From Bacteroidota bacterium (GTDB taxonomy: Bacteria > Bacteroidota > Bacteroidia > Flavobacteriales > Flavobacteriaceae), in the NCBI GenBank assembly GCA_046048915.1, contig JBJOFE010000001.1, forward strand, positions 50,044 to 114,043: DNA of 64,000 nucleotides. Reading direction: 5' to 3'. A model generated the notes under the pieces. That model made no database searches. It saw only the letters and a list, made by a program, of their open reading frames with translations, and was not told the origin of the DNA. Numbering within the stretch: the stretch's first letter is position 1; each line of letters starts with the position of its first letter. Made by a program: the position numbers and the translations under genes. Positions 48,501-55,522 of this stretch are shown one piece after another.

Positions 48501-51500
48501 CTAGTACCTTGTTGTTGCTCGATATAATCTGGAACGCCATCGCCATCGGTGTCTTTTGCGCCTGGTACAGTAGGATTTGTTCCTTGCTGCACTTCTACAT
48601 AATCAGGAACACCATCTCTATCTGAGTCTATAGCATCTCCTGGTGTGGTTGGATTAGTACCTTGTTGTACTTCAATATAATCAGGAACGCCGTCATTGTC
48701 TGTATCAATGAAGCTAGTAGGATCATTTGGATCTGTCCCGTTTTGAATTTCAACTGAATCTGCTACGCCATCATTGTCTGAGTCCTTATAGCTTTCTGCT
48801 GAATTTGGATCCGTCCCATCTGTAGCCTCTTGAGTGTCTGAAACGCCATCTCCATCAGAATCTCCTAGTATAACTGTAAGTGTAGAGTTAATACTTGCTT
48901 CTTCAAAATTAGTGTCTGACGCTTGTGTAGCAGTAATGGTTGCTGTACCAACACCAGTTATAGTTACTACAGCTCCGTTAATTGTTGCTACTGCTGAATT
49001 ACTTGATGTATAAGTGATTGCTCCTGTTCCAGCACTAGTTGTTGGTGCAACTAATGTAAATGGAGCATCTGTAGTAGTTTTATTTAAATTGGAGAAATTA
49101 GTTAAAGCACGAGCTGCCTTAGCAACAGTTAATAAAACTGTAACTGATCCCGAATCGTAATTAGTATCGGCCGCTTGTGTTGCCGTAATACTTGCTGTAC
49201 CAGCACCAACTATAGTTATTGTTGAACCAGAAATAGTAGCCACAGCGGTATTGCTTGAAGTATATGTAAATGACCCTCCGCTATTTGAAGTTGGAGCTGT
49301 TATTGTAAAGGCTGCGTCTCCAAACGTTTTACCTATAGCTATCATTGGAGCAATTACTGGAGTCGCTTTTACAACTGTAATTAGTCCTGATAATGAACTA
49401 GTAATTGTAGAACAACCACCTGAAGCAACTGCATAATAATACAATGCACTAGGTGTTGTTGTATCTGGGGTATAAGTAGCTGCGGTGGCTCCGCTTATTG
49501 CTGTACCGTTAAGAGCAAGATTAGTTGTTGTTGAATACCATTGATAAGCAGTAGCTCCTGGGGATACAACTGTTAATGCTATTGCGGTATTTCCAATCAC
49601 CAAATTTTGTGCGGTATTTGAAACATCTGTGGTATAAGCAGAGTTATTTATCGTTTGAGAGACAATTGTACTTGTAGGATTCAAGCCACATGTCCCAGAA
49701 ACTATAACATAATAATATTTAGTTCCTTCTATATCAGTAGGAATAACATAATTATTACTTGTAGCACTTGGAATAAGGCTTGCGTTTGTTGTACTATTTG
49801 TACTATTTACATACCATTGGTACGTTAGGTTTTGACCCGAAGCAGCAACGCTGATTGTATTTGAACTTGCGTTTAAACAAACCGCTGATGGACTTACCGG
49901 TTGGGTAGTTATGGAAGTAGGAAGACTCACATTAACTTTAATTAATGTTCGCGGGCCTTCGCAAACCGAAGTATTGTTTTTCTGACTAACATAATAATTG
50001 GTTTCACCTGGCGTACTTGTTATAGGGGTAGGAGCGGTAGTACTTGCAGTTCCTCCAGTCGATACTGTATACCATTGCAATGTATTTCCAGTTGTTGCAG
50101 TCGCGGTTAATCCTGTAGCTGCAACGCCTTGACAATAATTAATTGTAGCTGTTGCAACTGGTGCTGAGGGAGTGTTGATAGATACTGATTGAGTTGCGGT
50201 AAACGGACATCCATTTAGTGTGTAAGAATAGCTTACTGTAATGTCTTCATTAACAGTACTCGTTAGTAATCCAGAAGCGCTAATAGTTGCTGTTGCGCCA
50301 TTTGAAACGGACCAAACTCCCCCAGAAATAGGATGTGTATATTGTGCCGTACTATTAGCACAAATACTAGCAGCTCCTGTAATTGAGAGATTAGCTGATA
50401 CTCCAACTACTAAATTGGAATTGGTTCCTGTCTTATCTGAATTGGTAATAGTTCCATTATTAGCACTATTTGCTAAATTAACTATTGTAGTAACCGATGT
50501 ATTGTTACCATCAGCAATCCCATGGTTGAACGTATAATACGCCAAAAGGCCTGATTCATTTCCGAGTAACTCGGTATTCATACTTGTCTTAATTTGTGAT
50601 TCAGTTCGTGATGTTGACCAAAAACGAACTTCATCGATTTTGCCATTAATTGCTGAGCCTGGATACAAAGAAGTGCCTAACAATTTAGCCCCTATAGCAC
50701 GATGACTGTTGTTTTGACCTGAAGAAGCTAATGTTGTAGTAGCGCTATCTTGTTGCCCATTTATATACATTTTAACCACACCGTTTTGACGGGTTACTGC
50801 TAGATGCGTCCATGTGTTTAATGGAATGGAAGCAGTAGAATTTAAACCGCTATCCCAACCTGATCCATTACCAAAATTAGCATGTAACTTATTGGTTGAC
50901 GTAATTGCAAAAGAGCTGATTAAATCTTTAGTGAAAATTTCCGAATACGCATTGGTAGATCCTCTCCAATACACCCATGCCTCTTGTGTTATATCGGTCA
51001 AGTTTTCAAGCGTATTTCCTACGGTTACATAATCATTAACTCCATCAAAACTCATTGCATTGCCAAAAGGAGAGTCACAATCAATAACTTTTAAAGTTGA
51101 AGTAGTAGAACAACCACTTGAAGTAGTATAAGTAACAGTTATAGTTCCGGCAGCTACGGAAGTCACAATCCCTGCAGAAGAAATTGTTGCCACTGCTGTA
51201 TTGGATGATGCCCATGGTGAAGTAGCATCCGGTGTACCTGAGCCTGTTAATTGTAGTGTTGATGAGCCAAGAGTCATATTTTGCACTCCCGAAATAGTTG
51301 GAATTGCACTGACATTGACAGTAATATTGGTTCGCGAACTTTCGCAACCTGTTGGCATATTTCTTTGACTTACAGAGTATGTAGTTGTTCCAACTGAAGT
51401 TGTCAATGGAACTGGAGCAGCACCACTTAACTGATTACTACCCTCAAACCAATAGATTGAATGACCCGAAAGAGTTGAGACATTTAAAGCTGTCGCAGTA

Positions 51501-54313
51501 GCACCCAAACAATAGTTAATAGTAGTAGCTAGGGTTGTAGGAGCAACAGGAACATCATTTACATTAACCGTAATTGTAGCTCTAGCACTCTCACATCCCG
51601 TGGTATTGTCAATTTGACTTACATAGTAAAGTGTAGTTCCTGGTGTACTCGTGTCTGGTGTCGGAGCAGTTGTACTTGCTGTACCTCCAGTGGACACCAT
51701 GTACCATTGTAATATATTTCCAGAAGCGGCAGTAGCTTGTAAAGGTAGAGCTGTTTCGCCTTGACAGTAAGAAATTGTACTCGATTGTGTTGAATATTTT
51801 AGAATAACAATCCCAGAACCTCCTTTACCTCCAGCTGCAGAACTAGCAGAACCCGCAGAACCTCCTGTTCCTCCGTTTCCTCTATTAGCTGTTCCATTTA
51901 TACCTGTAGTTGTTGTACCATTGTTACCTCCTGAACCACCAATTCCATAATTGATTGCTGTACCAGTTATTGATGAGCTTATTCCAGCACCTCCTGATCC
52001 ACCTGTTGAAGCTGAGTTATTATTTCCATTACCAGAAGCACCACCACCACCTTTTCCGCCAAATCCACCACCAGATCCACCACCACCGGTAGGTGCTGCA
52101 ATGTTTAAATTTTGTGTAAGGCCAGCACTTGCGACAGACCTAGATCCCGTTCCTCTCCCGCCACCTAGCGCTGTTGTAGAACCAAAAATTGTGCTCTGTC
52201 CATCAAATCCCCAGTTATTTGTTCTTGAGTTTGCACCGCCATTACCTCCATCTCCAATTGTAATTGGATATACTGTTCCTTCTGTTACAGCTAATCTACC
52301 TGTTAATACCATACCTGCACCTCCGCCTGCACCGCCTGCATTATCATAGCCGTTTCCGGCACCACCTCCACCACCAACAACGAGGTACTCAATACTTGTA
52401 ACCCCAACTGGTACTGTCCAACTAGACGTGCCTACCGTTGTAAAAGATTGAATCGTAGGTGCTGAGAATGTAGGAGCAGCAGGTAAAGAAGTTACTACAA
52501 TAGCAACTGAATTACTATTAATTGCTGCACAGCTTCCGCTAGTTACCGCAGCTCTATAATACGTGGTAGTTGTCAATGCTCCTGAAGTATAACTAGTAGA
52601 TGTAGCGCCTAAACCTCCTACTACATTAGCCCACCCTGTTGTACCATTTGCCGATTGTTGCCATTGAATACTTCCTGTACTCCCTGTTAATGTTAGCGTG
52701 GTAGACTTTCCTGAACATAGTGTCGTATCAGCTGAAACTGCAGTACCTGCAGAATGTCCAACGGTAATTGAACCTGAAATAGTAGATGTTAATGAACCGC
52801 ACGATTCTGTCACAACACAGTAATAATAGGTAGTTCCGGCTACATTTGTTGGGGGTGAATAACTAGACGTTGTTGCGCCGCTAATTAAGGAGCCTCCAGA
52901 GTTGGTTGCCGTAGAATTTTTATACCATTGATACGTTAAAGTTGAACCAACCGCTGTTATAGTTAATGAAGATAATGAACCATTCAAACAAGTTGTTTGA
53001 CCAGAGCTGTTTGGGTTGGTTGTAATTGCAAATTTTTTAACAGCAATTACATTTGAATAAAGAATAATCGAATTAGTAGCCTTACGCCTGTAATAAGTAG
53101 TTTGAGATATAATTCCAGGATCATATGTTAATGAATTAGCGCCAGAAACATCTGTAAAATTAGTCCCATCTGTACTTTCTTGCCATTGGTAACTAAATGT
53201 ACCTGAACCTCCACTAGCACTCTCGACTGAGTTAAAAGTAGTAGGATCATAGGTAGTATCACAAAAAACAGTTGTGCCTGTTGAGATAGTTCCGCCTGAT
53301 GATAGTTCAGTAATGGTTACATAACCATGAGTATTATTATAAGAATTTAAATTTGATATCCCTGTTGATGACCCATTATATGTTCCGTTAGAGGTCCCAA
53401 TATTTGTAAATAAAGAAGTATTAACAAATGAACCTCCCCCTCCTCCTGGTGCATGTCTAGCATTAGCTCCACCTCCACTGTAACCGCCAGCTCCAGCACC
53501 GCCATACTTTCCTGCAGCACCTCCACCTCCAAATCCACCAGCACTATACCCACTTCTAAAACCGCCAACTCCACCATTAGTGAAGCTCTTCGCATTATAT
53601 TGATCACTATTTCCATTAAACCCTGCACCAGAATATGATTCCCAATCATTATATAAGACGCTTACTCCACCATTTCCGTTTTGTCCTCCGGCACCCCTTT
53701 CGCTGCTTTGACCTCCGTAAATTTCTGCAGAGTTACCAGCATTATTTAAACTCCCGTCTTTCAATCCGTTTTTATACATATATGCATCGCCTCCTCCTGC
53801 TCCACCGCCAGCTCCACCGCCAGCTACAATAATTGGATTGTTAAATCGGTCAGCGATAAAAGTACCTCCTCCACCACCTGGAGCAAAAGAAGAACTAACT
53901 TGATCTAATCCATTTTGACCTACAAGTATGTAAAGCTCATCCCCTGCATTAAGATCTATATCTGCTGAAACTATTGCTCCAAAACCAGGTCTATAAGTAT
54001 CCGAATAATTAAAATTACCCCCACTCGTAAAGCCACCACCTCTAGCACCTGCAATATTAATTCTATATTTACTTGTATTGGGTACAATCCACTTTTGAAT
54101 TCCCTGAGTAGTAATTGTAACTGATCCATTTAATGTAGTTCCGGTGTAAGCAGTATTAATTTGTTCTTGTGTTGGACCAGTTGATCCAGTTGATCCGGCT
54201 CTTGTAAAATTATATACTGTTTGTGCACGGACATCAAACAACGAAAGAAACATCATACAAATTATAAAATATAATTGAACTGAAAATTTTGAAAAAAATG
54301 ATTGTGCAGTCAT
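45530..54313 (-). CDS. Giant adhesin with a T9SS type-B sorting domain (adhesin 3, 2927 aa)
   Basis: A single ORF with a signal peptide. It contains two glycine-rich domains, Cys-bracketed Ig-like domains, LamG, two Big-like units and a very long TSP3 array. The C-terminal CHU_C motif is [22 protein letters not shown]... Confidence 0.9.
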   Translation of the reverse strand: MTAQSFFSKFSVQLYFIICMMFLSLFDVRAQTVYNFTRAGSTGSTGPTQEQINTAYTGTTLNGSVTITTQGIQKWIVPNTSKYRINIAGARGGGFTSGGNFNYSDTYRPGFGAIVSADIDLNAGDELYILVGQNGLDQVSSSFAPGGGGGTFIADRFNNPIIVAGGGAGGGAGGGDAYMYKNGLKDGSLNNAGNSAEIYGGQSSERGAGGQNGNGGVSVLYNDWESYSGAGFNGNSDQYNAKSFTNGGVGGFRSGYSAGGFGGGGAAGKYGGAGAGGYSGGGANARHAPGGGGGSFVNTSLFTNIGTSNGTYNGSSTGISNLNSYNNTHGYVTITELSSGGTISTGTTVFCDTTYDPTTFNSVESASGGSGTFSYQWQESTDGTNFTDVSGANSLTYDPGIISQTTYYRRKATNSIILYSNVIAVKKFAITTNPNSSGQTTCLNGSLSSLTITAVGSTLTYQWYKNSTATNSGGSLISGATTSSYSPPTNVAGTTYYYCVVTESCGSLTSTISGSITVGHSAGTAVSADTTLCSGKSTTLTLTGSTGSIQWQQSANGTTGWANVVGGLGATSTSYTSGALTTTTYYRAAVTSGSCAAINSNSVAIVVTSLPAAPTFSAPTIQSFTTVGTSSWTVPVGVTSIEYLVVGGGGGAGNGYDNAGGAGGGAGMVLTGRLAVTEGTVYPITIGDGGNGGANSRTNNWGFDGQSTIFGSTTALGGGRGTGSRSVASAGLTQNLNIAAPTGGGGSGGGFGGKGGGGASGNGNNNSASTGGSGGAGISSSITGTAINYGIGGSGGNNGTTTTGINGTANRGNGGTGGSAGSASSAAGGKGGSGIVILKYSTQSSTISYCQGETALPLQATAASGNILQWYMVSTGGTASTTAPTPDTSTPGTTLYYVSQIDNTTGCESARATITVNVNDVPVAPTTLATTINYCLGATATALNVSTLSGHSIYWFEGSNQLSGAAPVPLTTSVGTTTYSVSQRNMPTGCESSRTNITVNVSAIPTISGVQNMTLGSSTLQLTGSGTPDATSPWASSNTAVATISSAGIVTSVAAGTITVTYTTSSGCSTTSTLKVIDCDSPFGNAMSFDGVNDYVTVGNTLENLTDITQEAWVYWRGSTNAYSEIFTKDLISSFAITSTNKLHANFGNGSGWDSGLNSTASIPLNTWTHLAVTRQNGVVKMYINGQQDSATTTLASSGQNNSHRAIGAKLLGTSLYPGSAINGKIDEVRFWSTSRTESQIKTSMNTELLGNESGLLAYYTFNHGIADGNNTSVTTIVNLANSANNGTITNSDKTGTNSNLVVGVSANLSITGAASICANSTAQYTHPISGGVWSVSNGATATISASGLLTSTVNEDITVSYSYTLNGCPFTATQSVSINTPSAPVATATINYCQGVAATGLTATATTGNTLQWYTVSTGGTASTTAPTPITSTPGETNYYVSQKNNTSVCEGPRTLIKVNVSLPTSITTQPVSPSAVCLNASSNTISVAASGQNLTYQWYVNSTNSTTNASLIPSATSNNYVIPTDIEGTKYYYVIVSGTCGLNPTSTIVSQTINNSAYTTDVSNTAQNLVIGNTAIALTVVSPGATAYQWYSTTTNLALNGTAISGATAATYTPDTTTPSALYYYAVASGGCSTITSSLSGLITVVKATPVIAPMIAIGKTFGDAAFTITAPTSNSGGSFTYTSSNTAVATISGSTITIVGAGTASITATQAADTNYDSGSVTVLLTVAKAARALTNFSNLNKTTTDAPFTLVAPTTSAGTGAITYTSSNSAVATINGAVVTITGVGTATITATQASDTNFEEASINSTLTVILGDSDGDGVSDTQEATDGTDPNSAESYKDSDNDGVADSVEIQNGTDPNDPTSFIDTDNDGVPDYIEVQQGTNPTTPGDAIDSDRDGVPDYVEVQQGTNPTVPGAKDTDGDGVPDYIEQQQGTSPTTPGDSLLDTDGDGVPDYIEVQQGTSPTNPSDAIDTDGDGVPNYVEVQQGTSPTTPGARDTDGDGVPDFVEKQQGTNPTNPGAKDTDGDGVPDYIEVQQGTSPTVSGDAIDTDGDGVPDYVETQQGTDPTVPGDAKDTDGDGVPNYVEVQQGTNPTVPGAKDTDGDGVPDYIEQQQGTNPTTPGDTIIDTDGDGVPNYVEVQQGTNPTVPGAKDTDGDGVPDYIEVQQGTNPTTPGDAIDTDGDGVPDFVETQQGTNPTIPGAKDTDGDGVPDYIEQQQGTSPTTPGDSLLDTDGDGVPNYIEVQQGTNPTNPGAKDTDGDGVPDYVEVQQGTSPTTPGARDTDGDGVPDYVEVQQGTNPRIPGDVLADTDGDGVPDYIEVQQGTSPTVSGDAIDTDGDGVPDYVETQQGTDPTVPGDAKDTDGDGVPNYVEVQQGTNPTVPGAKDTDGDGVPDYIEQQQGTNPTTPGDTIIDTDGDGVPNYVEVQQGTNPTVPGAKDTDGDGVPDYIEVQQGTNPTTPGDAIDTDGDGVPDFVETQQGTNPTIPGAKDTDGDGVPDYIEQQQGTSPTTPGDSLLDTDGDGVPNYIEVQQGTNPTNPGAKDTDGDGVPDYVEVQQGTSPTVPGDAIDTDGDGVPDYVEVQQGTNPRIPGDAIDTDGDGVPNYVEVQQGTNPTVPGAKDTDGDGVPDYIEQQQGTSPTTPGAKDTDGDGVPDYIEVQQGTNPTVPGAKDTDGDGVPDYIEIQLGNNPAVSDAPDTDGDGFSNYEEGYNFRNPGASRDTDRDGTPDYLDLDSDGDSIQDRYDAFPNNPLEWTDSDLDGTGDNTDVDDDNDGILDGCDVDQNGDGIPDNGIDMDGDGIIDDCDEDKDGDGVNNTLDNCPAISNRDQSDRDRDGQGDLCDTIELDVMQGLTPNGDGINDTWVIYNLENHPGSIVRVFNSNGKQVFYSANYQNNWGGNYQGSSEMLPVGSYMFQIDLGGDGSIDSQGWMYISK
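46644..47389 (-). repeat. Identical 746-bp segment, copy B of an 852-bp-period (11-unit, 284-aa) duplication
   Basis: It matches 47496-48241. The alternate-frame ORFs 46663-46920 and 47515-47772 translate identically, and 46808-47398 matches the start of 47660-48478. Confidence 0.85.
47496..48241 (-). repeat. Identical 746-bp segment, copy A of the 852-bp-period duplication
   Basis: See 46644-47389. Identity ends after gccgtcagt (47389 / 48241). Confidence 0.85.
50560..51080 (-). other. LamG / concanavalin-A-like lectin domain of adhesin 3 (approximate)
   Basis: AMSFDGVNDYVTV ... WTHLAVT ... MYINGQ ... GKIDEVRFWSTSRTESQI is the classic LamG_3 pattern. Confidence 0.75.
51790..52480 (-). other. 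Glycine-rich domain 2 of adhesin 3 (ALK/LTK-like glycine-rich family; approximate)
   Basis: FTTVGTSSWTVPVGVTSIEYLVVGGGGGAGNG..GGAGGGAGMV...YPITIGDGGNGG ... GGKGGSGIVILKY. Confidence 0.6.
53305..54226 (-). other. Glycine-rich domain 1 of adhesin 3 (ALK/LTK-like glycine-rich family; approximate)
   Basis: QKWIVPNTSKYRINIAGARGGGF...GFGAIVSADIDLNAGDELYILVGQNG...APGGGGGTFI...IVAGGGAGGGAGGG... ends at GYVTITEL. Confidence 0.6.
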
Positions 54314-54406
54314 GGTGGAAGTACTATTTATGAAGTGAATGTTGTTTTTTTTATAACCAACAAAAATACTATTTTTACTATAATTTTATTTTAACACCTT
54401 GGCGAA

Positions 54407-54550
54407 GTTGTCAAAAAAATAAATTTTTTTGACAACAATTAAATTCAGCAAATTTCCTACATTTGAGCAAACACGGCAGATTAATACTTTTAAAGATCGA
54501 ATTGGTGTTACTCCAACTGAGTTTATTGCGACTAAGTCCATTTAAATAAA
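54407..54550 (+). pseudogene. Deletion remnant of a third membrane-AraC regulator gene (operator, promoter and last ~60 bp only)
   Basis: 54424-54465 matches 43293-43335 (tttttttgacaacaattaaat..caaatttcctacatttg). 54487-54550 matches the 3' end of the intact gene (44489-44552) with about 3 mismatches. A 21-nt junction joins the two parts, and there is no ORF. Confidence 0.8.
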
Positions 54551-54579
54551 AACCCTTCATTAGATAATGAAGGGTTTTT
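54549..54579. terminator. Bidirectional terminator, paralogous in position to 44558-44590
   Basis: aaaacccttcatt / aatgaagggtttt form a 13-bp stem. Confidence 0.8.
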
Positions 54580-54604
54580 ATTTAATTTCTAAATTTAAGT
54601 ATTT

Positions 54605-55495
54605 CTAAAACTCAAACTTTAGTAAGATTTCGTTCGTATTTCTAGCGCTAGCTAAAGTAGGTTGCGTGCTCATCTCATAGGCAAAGCCAAACAAAAATCG
54701 CTTACTCAATCGAATTGTACTCATCGCAGCATACGCTTTATCTGTTCTATACATACCTCCTATTTCAAAATTATTTTCTATTTGTAGCATGGCTGTCAAA
54801 TCTAACGATACTGGTGCGCCTGTAACATAACGCAACATAACTGATGGTTTTAATACCAAAGATGAAAATTTGCTTTGTAAAGGCACATCGTATCCTCCAC
54901 TTAAGAAAAAGTGTGGACTATCCATCGAAATATTGGCATAACCTTCATCGTTAATCGCTTTCTTATTGTTCAACAATCTTGGAATAGATAACGAAACATA
55001 CAACGCTCCTTCTTTATACAAGGCGCCAACTCCCACATTAGGATTGAACGTATTGATTGCACCTAATGCTGGATCTGATTGTATGTTATAGGTTAGTAGA
55101 CCCGGAGCATTTACATTATATGAGTTTCCTCCTGCTTTGATTCCAAAATACACATCGGCGGTCTTGCTCATTTTTAACCTGTACGAGAAGTCGACACTCA
55201 CGTAAGTTTGTTTTTCAATGAAGTTTTGGTCATGAATTACTGTCATACCAAAACCCACATTTTTTCCTAATGGTGTTCCAAAAGAAACGGTTTGAGTTTC
55301 TGGAGCTTGTGCCACTCCTGTCCATTGTTTTCTAAGTGAACTCGTAGCTATTGTCAAACTATCAACCCCTACATAGGCTGGATTGACTAAGTTCATATGT
55401 TGACTGTAAAACGATATTACACTCTCTTGTTGTGCCATCATAGCACTACTTGTTAATAGTAGTGCTATAGCTAATATGTTGTGAATCTTTTTCAT
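54605..55495 (-). CDS. PorP/SprF-family T9SS membrane protein (module 4)
   Basis: 296 aa, roughly three-quarters identical by eye to the 44609-45502 product. Confidence 0.9.
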   Translation of the reverse strand: MKKIHNILAIALLLTSSAMMAQQESVISFYSQHMNLVNPAYVGVDSLTIATSSLRKQWTGVAQAPETQTVSFGTPLGKNVGFGMTVIHDQNFIEKQTYVSVDFSYRLKMSKTADVYFGIKAGGNSYNVNAPGLLTYNIQSDPALGAINTFNPNVGVGALYKEGALYVSLSIPRLLNNKKAINDEGYANISMDSPHFFLSGGYDVPLQSKFSSLVLKPSVMLRYVTGAPVSLDLTAMLQIENNFEIGGMYRTDKAYAAMSTIRLSKRFLFGFAYEMSTQPTLASARNTNEILLKFEF

Positions 55496-55522
55496 TCTTA
55501 AATATTGTTTAATGATTGTGGA

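Larger units (their letters stand above)
45812..48870 (-). repeat. In-frame thrombospondin type-3-like repeat array, about 34 regular 25-27-aa units plus about 9 degenerate ones
   Basis: The repeated unit is DTDGDGVPDY(I/V)E(V/Q/T)QQGT(N/S)PT.PG... I counted the units by eye from the translated ORF. Confidence 0.85.

Noticed and set aside
45812-48870. Highly periodic ~75-bp repeats that could superficially suggest a CRISPR array or a non-coding minisatellite
   Set aside because: The repeats are in frame within one 2927-aa ORF and encode DTDGDGVPDY Ca-binding units. There are no unique spacers and no cas genes in the window.
51951-52349. Pro-rich 132-aa plus-strand ORF
   Set aside because: It is the antisense translation of the glycine-rich domain 2 coding region (GGN codons read as NCC = Pro), so it is not an independent gene.
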